Assembly: GCA_016187035.1 (NCBI GenBank)
Contig: JACPKL010000005.1
Span: forward strand, 135,150 to 199,149
Direction: 5' to 3'
Origin: Candidatus Daviesbacteria bacterium
GTDB lineage: Bacteria; Patescibacteriota; Microgenomatia; Daviesbacterales; UBA10151
DNA: 64,000 nucleotides
Made by a program: the position numbers and the translations under genes. Below the pieces are notes generated by a model. The model was not told where the DNA came from, searched no databases, and saw only the letters and a list, made by a program, of their open reading frames with translations. Of the stretch, positions 30,212 through 40,288 are shown piece by piece. Each line of letters starts with the position of its first letter. The stretch's first letter is position 1.

Positions 30212-30832
30212 ATGATGAATAGTTTGCTTACCCGGTTAGCCCACCGTCTATTAGAAGTGCCAATGATTTTTGAATTGCAAGAAAGTTTATGCAATGACTA
30301 TGGTTCAATACGGAAGGAGTTTTCGGAGTATTTGTCTAAGGATGGACTCAAAATCTTGGATATTGGTTGCGGTACAGGGGTAAGTGCTTCAGTCATTGTA
30401 GACATGGAACATCAAAGCTACACCGGCATCGAACTAATGTCAGGATATGCTGCTATAGCAGCCAAGCGTAATCCTAAAGGTAAAGTTTTGGCCATGGATG
30501 CTACCAAAATGGATTTTCCCAGCCACAGTTTTGATTTGGCATTTTTTTCGGGTGTTTGGCATCATATGGATGATAAAACAGTCCGTAGAGTCTTGGTAGA
30601 GACTAAGCGTGTGTTAAAGACTAAAGGTGTGTTACTGGTAGCTGAACCTCTTTTTACACCAGGGCGCTGGTATAGCAACATGCTTCTTAAGCGCGACCGT
30701 GGTAGACATATCCGTACCCGTGATGGTTACTTGGCTTTGGTGAAAGATTGGTACACGGAGCGCGAAAGAACCTTTAACTTTTCCCTGCACCGCTCACTCT
30801 CGCTAGTCCTAAGACCAAAGGCTCCAAGATAA
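30212..30832 (+). CDS. Class I SAM-dependent methyltransferase
   Basis: LDIGCGTG, SFD and HH..RVLKTKG. ATG at 30212 or 30215 preferred as start. Confidence 0.88.
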   Translation: MMNSLLTRLAHRLLEVPMIFELQESLCNDYGSIRKEFSEYLSKDGLKILDIGCGTGVSASVIVDMEHQSYTGIELMSGYAAIAAKRNPKGKVLAMDATKMDFPSHSFDLAFFSGVWHHMDDKTVRRVLVETKRVLKTKGVLLVAEPLFTPGRWYSNMLLKRDRGRHIRTRDGYLALVKDWYTERERTFNFSLHRSLSLVLRPKAPR

Positions 30833-30843
30833 GGATTCCCATA

Positions 30844-31443
30844 ATGGACAATTTTGTTATGAAAAAAGCACTTTTTTTAGACAGGGATGGTGTGATTAAT
30901 CAGATGATATCTTATAAAGGAGAGTTTGATTCACCTAAAAAAGTATCTGATGTGAAGTTAGTAGAGGGAGTTGCTGAAGTAATTTCTTGGTTGAATAAAA
31001 AAAATATTCCCGTAATTGAGGTAACAAATCAACCGGGAGTTGCCTTAGGAAAAGTTAATTGGAAAACTTTAGAGGCTATTGAAAAAAGTATTCATAACCT
31101 TTTAGTCAAAGACGGAGTTAGGATTAATAAAGTTTACCGTTGTTTTCACCATCCAAAGGCAATACTTTTGGATTTTAAATTAGAATGTAATTGCCGTAAA
31201 CCCAAAACTGGTATGTTAATTCAAGCAGCAAAGGATTTAGAGATTAAACTTAGTGAAAGCGTATTGTTTGGGGATAATGCTACGGATATTGAAGCTGGTA
31301 AAAGAGTAGGTTGCAAAACAATTCTTTTTTTGCACACAAATGATACTCCGGAAAAGATAGCTGCTAAACAAAATGCAGAGCCAGATTTTAAGGTTTACTC
31401 CCATAAAGAAGCATTAACGATACTCAAGAAATTACTAAAATGA
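30844..31443 (+). CDS. gmhB: Heptose/octose-bisphosphate phosphatase (GmhB-like HAD)
   Basis: LFLDRDGVIN, VTNQPG, CFHHP..CNCRKP and GD...DIEAG. Confidence 0.88.
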   Translation: MDNFVMKKALFLDRDGVINQMISYKGEFDSPKKVSDVKLVEGVAEVISWLNKKNIPVIEVTNQPGVALGKVNWKTLEAIEKSIHNLLVKDGVRINKVYRCFHHPKAILLDFKLECNCRKPKTGMLIQAAKDLEIKLSESVLFGDNATDIEAGKRVGCKTILFLHTNDTPEKIAAKQNAEPDFKVYSHKEALTILKKLLK

Positions 31444-32174
31444 AAGCAATTATAGTTGCAGGTGGAAAGGGAGAAAGATTAAAACCATTGACTAACAATC
31501 TACCTAAACCGATGGTAAAGATAAATGGTAGACCTATTTTGGAATATATTGTAACTTTATTTAAAAAAAACGGTATATCAGATTTTATTTTTGCCCTATG
31601 TTACCTACCCCAATCGATCATTGAGTATTTTGGGGATGGAGACAGATTTGGAATTAAAATAAAATACACATTTGAAAACCCTAATTTCCCCTTAGGTACA
31701 GCTGGAGCGATACTGCGTGCAAAAAAGTTAATAACTGATACCTTTGTAGTTACTTATGCAGATATTATTAGAGAATTATCAATCAAGGAAATAATTAGTT
31801 TTCATAAAATGTCTAAAAACTTAGCAACGATTAATACATATAAACACTTAGGAGATAATTATAAAAGCTCAATTGAATTTAACAAAGATAATTACATTAC
31901 TTCATTTCAGGAATTTCAAACTGAGCAAAAACTCGAGAAAGGATTTAATTGGTCTAATGGCTCTTTTTATATCTTTGAGCCAGAAATTTTTGATTATATT
32001 CCACATAACAAAAAATCCGATTTTTCAAAAGATATTTTTCCTAAACTGCTAAGATTAAAAAAGAAAATTTTAATTTATCCAACTTCAGGATATTTTCTAG
32101 ATGTAGGTACAAAGGAAAATCTAAAGAAGTTAAAAGATGATCTAAAATTTAGCCTTTTAACTTTGGGTGATTAA
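31440..32174 (+). CDS. Sugar-1-phosphate nucleotidyltransferase (HddC-like)
   Basis: AGGKGERLKPLT..PKPM, PLGTAGA and DVGT. Confidence 0.85.
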   Translation: MKAIIVAGGKGERLKPLTNNLPKPMVKINGRPILEYIVTLFKKNGISDFIFALCYLPQSIIEYFGDGDRFGIKIKYTFENPNFPLGTAGAILRAKKLITDTFVVTYADIIRELSIKEIISFHKMSKNLATINTYKHLGDNYKSSIEFNKDNYITSFQEFQTEQKLEKGFNWSNGSFYIFEPEIFDYIPHNKKSDFSKDIFPKLLRLKKKILIYPTSGYFLDVGTKENLKKLKDDLKFSLLTLGD

Positions 32175-32733
32175 CAATTAGATGCCAAATTAATGCCTGA
32201 AAACTTTCTGAGATAGGAGTAATATATTCTGCTTCATCAATACGAATTAAGATGCTAGTATTGGTAACTTTTCTGGTATGTCCTCCATCTCTGCTGACAA
32301 TTCCTAATATCGAGCTGCCTATTTTTTTGGCGTATTCTAATGCAATCACAATATTTAAACTGGTATTTTTTTCTAAGTTTCCTCCACCTACTGATAAAAC
32401 CATGATTGCATCATTAGGCGACAAGTGGCTGATTTCCAGCCAACTTACAAAAGTAGTTGCCCAACCTTCATCATTTGTTCTGGCCGTTAATTCAGCTACA
32501 TTATCTGTTGGGGCATAGGATTCAAAGCGAGCTATCTTTCTAAAATCATTAACAGCATGTGAACAATTAGCTGCAGATCCTCCGACTCCAAGAAAAAACA
32601 ACCTACCACCTTTTTGTTTAACAGAAACAAGCAGATCTATTGCATTTTCGATCTCCTTACTATCGAGCTGGTCGAGTATTTTTGTGGCAGCGGACAGGTA
32701 ATTTTTAGTATAGTTTTTTCCCGCTGTTTTCAT
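32149..32733 (-). CDS. SIS-domain sugar-phosphate isomerase (GmhA-like)
   Basis: GVGGSAANCSHAVNDFRK, ELTARTND, SVGGG and ESFQ..WH. Confidence 0.85.
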   Translation of the reverse strand: MKTAGKNYTKNYLSAATKILDQLDSKEIENAIDLLVSVKQKGGRLFFLGVGGSAANCSHAVNDFRKIARFESYAPTDNVAELTARTNDEGWATTFVSWLEISHLSPNDAIMVLSVGGGNLEKNTSLNIVIALEYAKKIGSSILGIVSRDGGHTRKVTNTSILIRIDEAEYITPISESFQALIWHLIVNHPKLKG

Positions 32734-33762
32734 TTAACTTATATTAACCAGTAGTTTGCTTCCTTCCCAGTCGAATTTAACTTTACGCTCCTCAAGACCT
32801 AACTGGCTCATTCTTTTCCGGAAAGCATCTTTTTTGTCTTTAACATAAAAAACAAACCAACCACCCCCACCTGCTCCCATAATCTTGCCTCCCAAAGATC
32901 CCATTTTCTTGGCCTCATTATACCATTTATCTATTTGTGGATTGGAAACTTTATCAGAAAGTGTTTTTTTAATATGCCAATGTTCATCAAATGTTGAGCC
33001 AAAGCTATCAATGTCACCCTTTAATAAGTATTTCTTAGCTTTTTGCCCTAAGGTTTGAATCTTGTCCAATGCTTTTATTTCTCTGGTACTCGCTTTATTT
33101 TTTTGCTCCTTTAATGCGATATGAGCATCTCTGTAAATTCCAGTTCTAAAGAATAATAGATTAGATTCTAATTCTGATATTGTATGTAGTGAAACAGGTA
33201 AGTCTTCAAATATTACCTTACCAGATGTATCTCTCTCAAAGTATTTAATTCCTCCTAATGAGACAATATATTGATCTTGAGGGCCAATATAGTCACGTTT
33301 GAGTTTCACACTCTCGATTCTAAAAGCTTCTTTGGCCAATCTGAGTTGTGATACAGATTGTCTTTTATAGCAATATAGAGCATGTAATAAACCAACTTCC
33401 AAAGCTGCTGATCCTCCTAATCCAGATCTACCAGAAACTTCTGAGCTGATATTAATACTGATTCCTTTAGTGACGCTACTATATTTTAAACATTCTTTAA
33501 CATATAGGTTAGGTATCATTTTATATGAGTTTCCTTGAACAGCCTCCTCACCGTAAGAGTATCCGATAAACTCTGGATCCTCGGTCATGGATAAAGTAAC
33601 GATTAGATAACGATTAAAAGAAGCGCTAATCCAAGCCCCACCTTTGAGATTACTATACCAATTAACATCCGTACCACCCCCAGCCAGAGTGATTCTCATT
33701 GGTGTTTGGGTGATGATTATAGCTCGTTCTCGCGAAACTTTATTATTTACAAATCCTTTCAT
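32734..33762 (-). CDS. GHMP sugar-phosphate kinase (HddA-like)
   Basis: PMRITLAGGGTD, SGLGGS, QDQY and GGKIMGAGGGG. Confidence 0.88.
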   Translation of the reverse strand: MKGFVNNKVSRERAIIITQTPMRITLAGGGTDVNWYSNLKGGAWISASFNRYLIVTLSMTEDPEFIGYSYGEEAVQGNSYKMIPNLYVKECLKYSSVTKGISINISSEVSGRSGLGGSAALEVGLLHALYCYKRQSVSQLRLAKEAFRIESVKLKRDYIGPQDQYIVSLGGIKYFERDTSGKVIFEDLPVSLHTISELESNLLFFRTGIYRDAHIALKEQKNKASTREIKALDKIQTLGQKAKKYLLKGDIDSFGSTFDEHWHIKKTLSDKVSNPQIDKWYNEAKKMGSLGGKIMGAGGGGWFVFYVKDKKDAFRKRMSQLGLEERKVKFDWEGSKLLVNIS

Positions 33763-33770
33763 CTAACGTT

Positions 33771-33798
33771 ATTATATGTAAAAGTTTGTTGAGTGCAA
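33771..33798 (-). promoter_or_regulatory. Sigma70-type promoter, near-leaderless
   Basis: Minus strand: TTGCAC (33798-33793), 16 nt spacer, TATAAT (33776-33771), 8 nt before ATG 33762. Confidence 0.5.
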
Positions 33799-33830
33799 GG
33801 ATAAGACTATAACGATGCATTCATTCTAAT

Positions 33831-34553
33831 ATGAAAAAGTATTATCTGTCTTTAATTATTCCAGCATATAATGAAGAGAAGAAAATAGAAAGAGATGTTA
33901 AAGAAGCCTTTACACACTTTAAGCAAAAGAAAATAACTGCAGAAGTTATAGTATCGACTGATGGTATAACTGATAATACGAATAAAATAGTGCAGGAACT
34001 TCAAAAAGAATACCCTCATTTAGTTTTAATTGCAAAGGAGCAAAAAATAGGTAAAGGGGCTGCAATCAAAAAAGGAGTGGAAAAAGCCAAGGGCAAATAT
34101 ATAATGTTTGCGGATGCTGGATATTGTGTACCTTTTAAATTTATTAGTTCAGGAATTAAAAAATTAGAAGAGGGTTATGATTTAGCATTTGCCGATAGAG
34201 GAGATAAAAAAACAATTATGAGAAATAATCAACCACTTTATAGAAAAATTGGTTCAAGAGCCTTTGGTATACTTGTAAAATATATTTTAGGAGTACCCCG
34301 TCATATTAGAGATACTCAATGCGGATTTAAAATTTATAAACGAGATGTTGCAAAAAGTTTATTTGGTGATCTTGAAACTGATGGTATGATGTTTGATTTA
34401 GAGCATATTTTGAGAGCAAAAAAAAGTAATTTTAATATAGGAGTTTTTCCAATTGAGTGGAAAAATGATTCAGACACTAAATTCGATCCGATCAGCGGAG
34501 GTTTGGACAGCATCAGAGAAATTTATAATATTAAGGCTGTTCTCAGACTTTAA
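33831..34553 (+). CDS. GT2 polyprenol-phosphate glycosyltransferase (DPM1/Alg5-like)
   Basis: IPAYNE, GKGAA, FADAG, DTQCGFK and FDLE; no C-terminal TM helices. Confidence 0.85.
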   Translation: MKKYYLSLIIPAYNEEKKIERDVKEAFTHFKQKKITAEVIVSTDGITDNTNKIVQELQKEYPHLVLIAKEQKIGKGAAIKKGVEKAKGKYIMFADAGYCVPFKFISSGIKKLEEGYDLAFADRGDKKTIMRNNQPLYRKIGSRAFGILVKYILGVPRHIRDTQCGFKIYKRDVAKSLFGDLETDGMMFDLEHILRAKKSNFNIGVFPIEWKNDSDTKFDPISGGLDSIREIYNIKAVLRL

Positions 34554-34603
34554 ATTCTGTTACTGTCTTGACAATGCGATCCACCTTAGTTTAATACTAG
34601 AAT

Positions 34604-36475
34604 ATGTTCTTAAAGAAAAATCTTACCCTTTTTATTATCTTTACAATAATTGTTTTTACTCTTCAATTTATAATAGCAAGAACACATTTTTACTATGGTT
34701 TCAATAATGATGATTGGTATGTTCTGGCCTGGTATAAACAAGTAGTGAAAGATCCTCTATTGGATATGACGAAAGCTTGGAAAGAAATTGGTTCCCATAA
34801 CTTTGCGCGTGTCTATTATGTGGGTATCTTGTATAATTTTTTTGGATTAAATTATCCGCTTTATCATATTTTTAATACTTTTTTGAAAGTTTTTGCCGGT
34901 TTAAGCGTTTTTCCTGTTATTTATCTTCTATTTAGAAAAAAGTTTTTGGCATATTTAGCAACTTTTTTATTCTCTCTTCATTTTAGCTCTTTTGCCACTT
35001 TACATGATGTTTTTATGGGAAATGAATCACTAGTCATAATAAGTATGAATATTTTTTTGGCATATTATCTTTGGCTTGCCCGGAAGCATAATTTTAATCT
35101 AAAAACAATGCTTCTGCTATTAATGCTTCTTTTAGCAGCATCCTTTTTTGATATACCCAGATTTTATCCGATTCTGTTATTGTTGCCTTTTTTTGAACTT
35201 CTTAACTTTTGGTTTAATAGATCGTCAACTACTATTAAAGGTTCAATATTAAGACTTATATTTCTATACTCCCCTTTTATTGCTGTAGTGCTTTACAATC
35301 CTCAAGCAGCTACAGGTGAATTAAATATTAATAAATTAATTAGAATTTTTTCAGAAGGTAACTATCAGCTTTTTATTTCTCTTTTTGCCTCATTTGGCTC
35401 AACTTTTACTCCACAAGATTTATTGGATCAGTTAAGTCTTTTTGCACGAGTGGGAGGAAATCCTCTTTATCAGGATTTTAGGACCTTTTTAACTTTTCTG
35501 ATTTTCAGATTTCTAATTCTTTCCGGTCCAATATTGATTGTTATTGGTTTAGTGGTATCTAATAAACCGATAAAGTTTGTTTTAAGAAGCTTATTTTTAA
35601 GTATATGTCTATTACTTCTTGCTTTCTTAGCTGCTAATAATTATATTTATCTTGACCCAAAACTTAGAGCTGCAGTCGATCCCGGAACATACTTTACTGC
35701 CGGAATAGTTGGTTTATTTGTATTGTCTACGGCGATATCTTTTTTTATAGAATGGTTAAATAAAAGGGATAATTATCTTTTACTAACAGTAAGCCTGGCA
35801 CCTATTTTTTCTCTTTTATATACATTTTTTACTTGGATACTCACTGGTGATAATGTTATTTTTACCGGAGTTCATGGTTATTTAACCATTGCAGCTTTGG
35901 CATCAAGCTTATATTTGGCAATCATTTTTTATCTTGCATTCCAAAATCTCATATTAAAGGTAGGGGTATTAAGAAAGATAGCTGCTATTTTAATGATTTC
36001 CTATTTTTTCATCTTTCTAATTTTGAGCGCCATACAGGTTGATAAATACTACGCCTATTGGTTAAAACTTGGATACGGTGCTTCCGATCAAAACCGCATA
36101 CAAGAAAGTTTTTGGAAAGAAGTTGGTAAGGGTAAGTTAAATGATAAAAGTCCGATTCTTGTTTATCTTGATACTTCATCTGACGATGGTTATTTCTATG
36201 GTGCAAATTTTACTTGGGATATTCCTCCTATGCTGACTGTTGAAAAGGGTTTACCTTTTGATCCTGGCGGACATTGCAAATCAGTGATATCTGCTAAAGA
36301 ATTTAATAAACTTAGAATTGATGTAGTTAATGGTAAAAAGATGGTTGTACAAGGTCAAGGCGTCTGTGGTGATGACCGTTTTTATAAACTGGAAAATTTC
36401 TATGCTTTTAAAATGATCAACCATGATATAGTTCCAATTAAATCCGAAATTCTCAGTCAGTTAGGAGTTGAATGA
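34604..36475 (+). CDS. Multi-TM GT-C-like protein, family B
   Basis: YGFNNDDW, EGNYQL, HGYLTI and C-terminal FYKLENFYAF. Confidence 0.68.
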   Translation: MFLKKNLTLFIIFTIIVFTLQFIIARTHFYYGFNNDDWYVLAWYKQVVKDPLLDMTKAWKEIGSHNFARVYYVGILYNFFGLNYPLYHIFNTFLKVFAGLSVFPVIYLLFRKKFLAYLATFLFSLHFSSFATLHDVFMGNESLVIISMNIFLAYYLWLARKHNFNLKTMLLLLMLLLAASFFDIPRFYPILLLLPFFELLNFWFNRSSTTIKGSILRLIFLYSPFIAVVLYNPQAATGELNINKLIRIFSEGNYQLFISLFASFGSTFTPQDLLDQLSLFARVGGNPLYQDFRTFLTFLIFRFLILSGPILIVIGLVVSNKPIKFVLRSLFLSICLLLLAFLAANNYIYLDPKLRAAVDPGTYFTAGIVGLFVLSTAISFFIEWLNKRDNYLLLTVSLAPIFSLLYTFFTWILTGDNVIFTGVHGYLTIAALASSLYLAIIFYLAFQNLILKVGVLRKIAAILMISYFFIFLILSAIQVDKYYAYWLKLGYGASDQNRIQESFWKEVGKGKLNDKSPILVYLDTSSDDGYFYGANFTWDIPPMLTVEKGLPFDPGGHCKSVISAKEFNKLRIDVVNGKKMVVQGQGVCGDDRFYKLENFYAFKMINHDIVPIKSEILSQLGVE

Positions 36476-38370
36476 TTATTTTAAAAATCTCTGCCGCAGT
36501 TTTTTTGATCCTTTTAGTCTGGTTTGTCCAGATATTATTTCTTCCCCAGGCAGTCAAATGGGGAATGAATGGACACGATTGGGAGTATTTACTTTACTTT
36601 GACAGCCATAGGGGAGATAACCTAAATAATTTCTTTAGAATTAAGGATGACTTAGGTAATCCGTATTTTGTCCAAATAGTTTACTATTTGGGGACTTTAA
36701 GACAGATATTTGGTTTGCACCCAACAATTTTTAAACTGGTAGATATATTTTGGAAATCTTTAGCAGCTGTTTCTATAGGTTATTTAGTGTATAAAATATT
36801 GAAAGATAAATTATTTGCATTCTTTGCAATTTTTTTCTCCATTATTTTTCCTTCTGCTGCGGGCCCGCTTAATTTTACGATGAGTGGTATAAATTTCTTA
36901 ATAATTCCATTTACGTGTCTCTTTGTTTTTTATTATATCCAATCTACAAAAGAACCCAAAAAAATTTTGCTGGCCTCATTTTTTTTCTTTTTAGCAGTTT
37001 GCGCAGGTCCTGCCAGGGCTTACCTGATTTTATCAGTGCCTATTTTTATTGAGCTAATCCGTTTAGTTAGATCATTCCGTCCATTCGTATTTTTAAGAAG
37101 GTTGCTAGTTTTCTATATTCTACCTTATATAGCTTTAAATTGGGGGCCCTTCCAACCCACACACGAAATATACGTTCATATAATACAGGTTATGCGGGGT
37201 AATTTATACACACTTACATTGCCATTTCAGAGTACTAGTGCTTTATTTATCGATCAAAGCATTTTAAAAAGTGTTTTAGAATGGAGAAAATTACTTTTAC
37301 CTTCTATAAATCCAGAATTAGGTGGATTTTTAATGCTGAATGTTTTTTTTCTTATCCTATCAATCTTTTTAGGATTTGCTATTAAGGGGAGAAGGGGGGT
37401 TTATTCCTTTGCTCTTAAGGTGATAATTCCTACTTTACTAATTGAGGCAGCTTTCTATTTTTTTGGTCTTCTAAGTTCTAATTTCACCCACAATGTCACT
37501 TTTTTAGATGCTGAGGGTTCCCTGCGTTTTACTGAGTCGTTAAATCCAACAGTTTTTCAGGCATCTATTGGAGGATATTATTTTATTCTTGGTTTAATTC
37601 TGAGTTTGGAATGGTGGAGGAACCAAAGAAGTAATAAATCGTTGATGCTGCTTGCGGCTGCCTGGTTTTGGTCCATTGCTTCAGTAGTAGAATTATTTCT
37701 TACCACCTCTAGATATGAAATGATATATCATTCTAATGATAGATATTTCTTAGTTAGTACATTGGGCGCCGTATTGTTCACAGCTGGAATTTTTACCTTA
37801 AGTTTTAAAACTTTAGTAAAACTAAAAGACCTAAAGTATAGACTATTATCAATCTCAATATTTTTTATGGTCGTTTTGCTGATTACCTGGAAGAATTATC
37901 AATTCTTATATCAATTTTTTTATGATTGGAATGAAAGGGAAGGCGGAAGTGTTTATTGGCAGAATACCATGTATCAGCGTTTTCTGACTAAACTAGGAAA
38001 AGAAAATTTAAAAAAACCAATTTTTCTATATATCGATCCTAAAAGTAAATCTGAAACTGCAAGATTTCTAGGCGGATCATTCTTTAACCCTTTAGGATTT
38101 CGAATATTCTATGATGAAAATGATAGCTTAATCAGAGATAATTGTAAGGTTGTGACCAATGACATTAAATTGTTAGAAAAGGCCTATGTAGTTCAAAATA
38201 GAGAGAAAGGTTTCAAATATGATACTAGTTGTATAGATGCTTATCAATCTACAGGAGGTAAGATAGTTTTTTATCCTTTAACTAATTTTTATGCTTTCAG
38301 AATGGAAAATAGGGATTTTGTGAATATTAAAGATGAAATCCTGGCTAAGCTTGATCAATCTGGACAATAA
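36472..38370 (+). CDS. Multi-TM GT-C-like protein, family B
   Basis: WGMNGHDW, GNLYTL, NDRY and FYPLTNFYAF. Confidence 0.68.
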   Translation: MIILKISAAVFLILLVWFVQILFLPQAVKWGMNGHDWEYLLYFDSHRGDNLNNFFRIKDDLGNPYFVQIVYYLGTLRQIFGLHPTIFKLVDIFWKSLAAVSIGYLVYKILKDKLFAFFAIFFSIIFPSAAGPLNFTMSGINFLIIPFTCLFVFYYIQSTKEPKKILLASFFFFLAVCAGPARAYLILSVPIFIELIRLVRSFRPFVFLRRLLVFYILPYIALNWGPFQPTHEIYVHIIQVMRGNLYTLTLPFQSTSALFIDQSILKSVLEWRKLLLPSINPELGGFLMLNVFFLILSIFLGFAIKGRRGVYSFALKVIIPTLLIEAAFYFFGLLSSNFTHNVTFLDAEGSLRFTESLNPTVFQASIGGYYFILGLILSLEWWRNQRSNKSLMLLAAAWFWSIASVVELFLTTSRYEMIYHSNDRYFLVSTLGAVLFTAGIFTLSFKTLVKLKDLKYRLLSISIFFMVVLLITWKNYQFLYQFFYDWNEREGGSVYWQNTMYQRFLTKLGKENLKKPIFLYIDPKSKSETARFLGGSFFNPLGFRIFYDENDSLIRDNCKVVTNDIKLLEKAYVVQNREKGFKYDTSCIDAYQSTGGKIVFYPLTNFYAFRMENRDFVNIKDEILAKLDQSGQ

Positions 38371-38375
38371 TCCTA

Positions 38376-40280
38376 ATGGATTTTCTTAAAAACTATTCAA
38401 TGCCAAATAATAAATTTTCCAAAGTCTTTTTAGCTATAATTTTGATACTATTGGTTTGGATTATCCATATCTTAGTTCTTCCTCATATACTACAATTTGG
38501 GATGCAAGGGGATGATTGGGGATGGCTTTTTTACTACGACACTCATAAAGCTAGCCAACTTAGCACCTTCCTCCCTTTTTATAAAAATGACCTTGGAAGC
38601 CTACATCCGTTACAACAACTGTACTATATAGGTACTTTAAGAAATATTTTTGGTCTAAACCAAACAGCCTTTCAACTTACTACTTTATTCTTTAAATCTC
38701 TAGCTGCTTTATCAGCAGGATATCTTGTATATAAATTAACTAAAGGTAAACTATTTGCATTTCTTGTAATATTATTCTTTATAATATTTCCTTCTACTGC
38801 GGGACTTTTTGTTATTGTTACTGGCTTAAATTACTTGCTTGTTGTATTTATGTGTTTTTCCATATATTTTTATATTCAATCAGTCAAGGATAATAGATAT
38901 ATTTTACTGGCTTCCCTATTTTTCTTTCTGGCTCTTTCTACAGGTGCAGCTAGAGCTTACCTTCTTGTGCCGATACCTTTTATTGTGGAATTGGTTCGTT
39001 TGGGAAGAAAATTTCGTCCGTTTGTGTTTATACAAAGACTTCTAATTTTCTATTTTCTACCATTTATTTTTTTGAAAGGTAATGGAACACAATATCAACT
39101 TAATCCGATGGTGGGAGTATTTACCCGGATAAGACAAATCACTGATGGAAATTTATATACCTTTTCCTTGCCATTCCAGATGGTCAGCACTTTATTTGTG
39201 GACCAGAGTATTTTAAAAGGTATGCCCAACTTGCTTGGATTTATAATAGTAAATTTAATTTTATTTTTTCTTTCAATCTTTTTAGGATTTGTAATTTTTA
39301 GCAGAGAAAAAATGAAGTTTTTTGTTACAAAGATAATGTTTTCAACGATCGTACTCGAGATAATTTTTTATATTCTGGCTCTAATACATAGCAATTCCGA
39401 AAGGATTCCTTTTGTGGATGTTGAAGGGAATGTCTATTTTGAGTTGGATCTGAATCCAACAATCTTTCTTGCCTCTATCGGAGGATATATTTTCACACTT
39501 GGTATACTGTTAATTTTAGAATGGTGGAAAAATCAAAGAGATAACAAAATTCTGATGATTGCTGTATTTGCTTGGATATGGTCTGTAATTTCAATATTAA
39601 TCTTATATTTGACTAGTCCATGGATGTTAATGATTAAGCTGTCTAATGACAGATACATTTTTAGCTCCTCTCCTGGAGCAGTCATTTTTACCGCGGCAAT
39701 TTTTACTTTAAGTCTTAAGGCTTTAGAAAAAATAAAAAACTTAAAGTTTAGATTACTGTGTTTTTCAATAGTGGGGGCTATTATTTTATTAATTGTTTGG
39801 AAAGACTACAGAATGTTAGATCAACTTCACTATGCTTTTATTAGACAATCTGGAGGAGTTTCCTCATATTGGGAAAATACTATGCATCGACGGTTCTTAG
39901 ACAAATTTGGTAGGGAGAATTTAAGGAAACCGGCATTGGTATTCATTAATGATTCTCCAGATGTAAATTTTAATGAGGCATCTTTTGTTAGACAAATTAC
40001 TCACAGAATATATTATGATGAAAACAATAACTTAATCAGAGATAATTGTAAAGCGGTAACCACGAATATTAAGGATTTAGAAAAAGCCTACACAGTTTAT
40101 AATGGGGAAAAAGGATTTTCATATGATTATACAGTATGCGTAAATCGCGATATATCTGTAGGAGGTGAATATAATATTTTTTACCCTTTAACTAATTTTT
40201 ATGCTTATAGAATGGAGAACAAAGAATTTATTGATATTAAGGATGAGATTATAGGTCAACTTGATGAAAAGAAAAAATAG
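38376..40280 (+). CDS. Multi-TM GT-C-like protein, family B
   Basis: FGMQGDDW, GNLYTF, NDRY and FYPLTNFYAY. Confidence 0.68.
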   Translation: MDFLKNYSMPNNKFSKVFLAIILILLVWIIHILVLPHILQFGMQGDDWGWLFYYDTHKASQLSTFLPFYKNDLGSLHPLQQLYYIGTLRNIFGLNQTAFQLTTLFFKSLAALSAGYLVYKLTKGKLFAFLVILFFIIFPSTAGLFVIVTGLNYLLVVFMCFSIYFYIQSVKDNRYILLASLFFFLALSTGAARAYLLVPIPFIVELVRLGRKFRPFVFIQRLLIFYFLPFIFLKGNGTQYQLNPMVGVFTRIRQITDGNLYTFSLPFQMVSTLFVDQSILKGMPNLLGFIIVNLILFFLSIFLGFVIFSREKMKFFVTKIMFSTIVLEIIFYILALIHSNSERIPFVDVEGNVYFELDLNPTIFLASIGGYIFTLGILLILEWWKNQRDNKILMIAVFAWIWSVISILILYLTSPWMLMIKLSNDRYIFSSSPGAVIFTAAIFTLSLKALEKIKNLKFRLLCFSIVGAIILLIVWKDYRMLDQLHYAFIRQSGGVSSYWENTMHRRFLDKFGRENLRKPALVFINDSPDVNFNEASFVRQITHRIYYDENNNLIRDNCKAVTTNIKDLEKAYTVYNGEKGFSYDYTVCVNRDISVGGEYNIFYPLTNFYAYRMENKEFIDIKDEIIGQLDEKKK

Positions 40281-40288
40281 CTTGTTAA

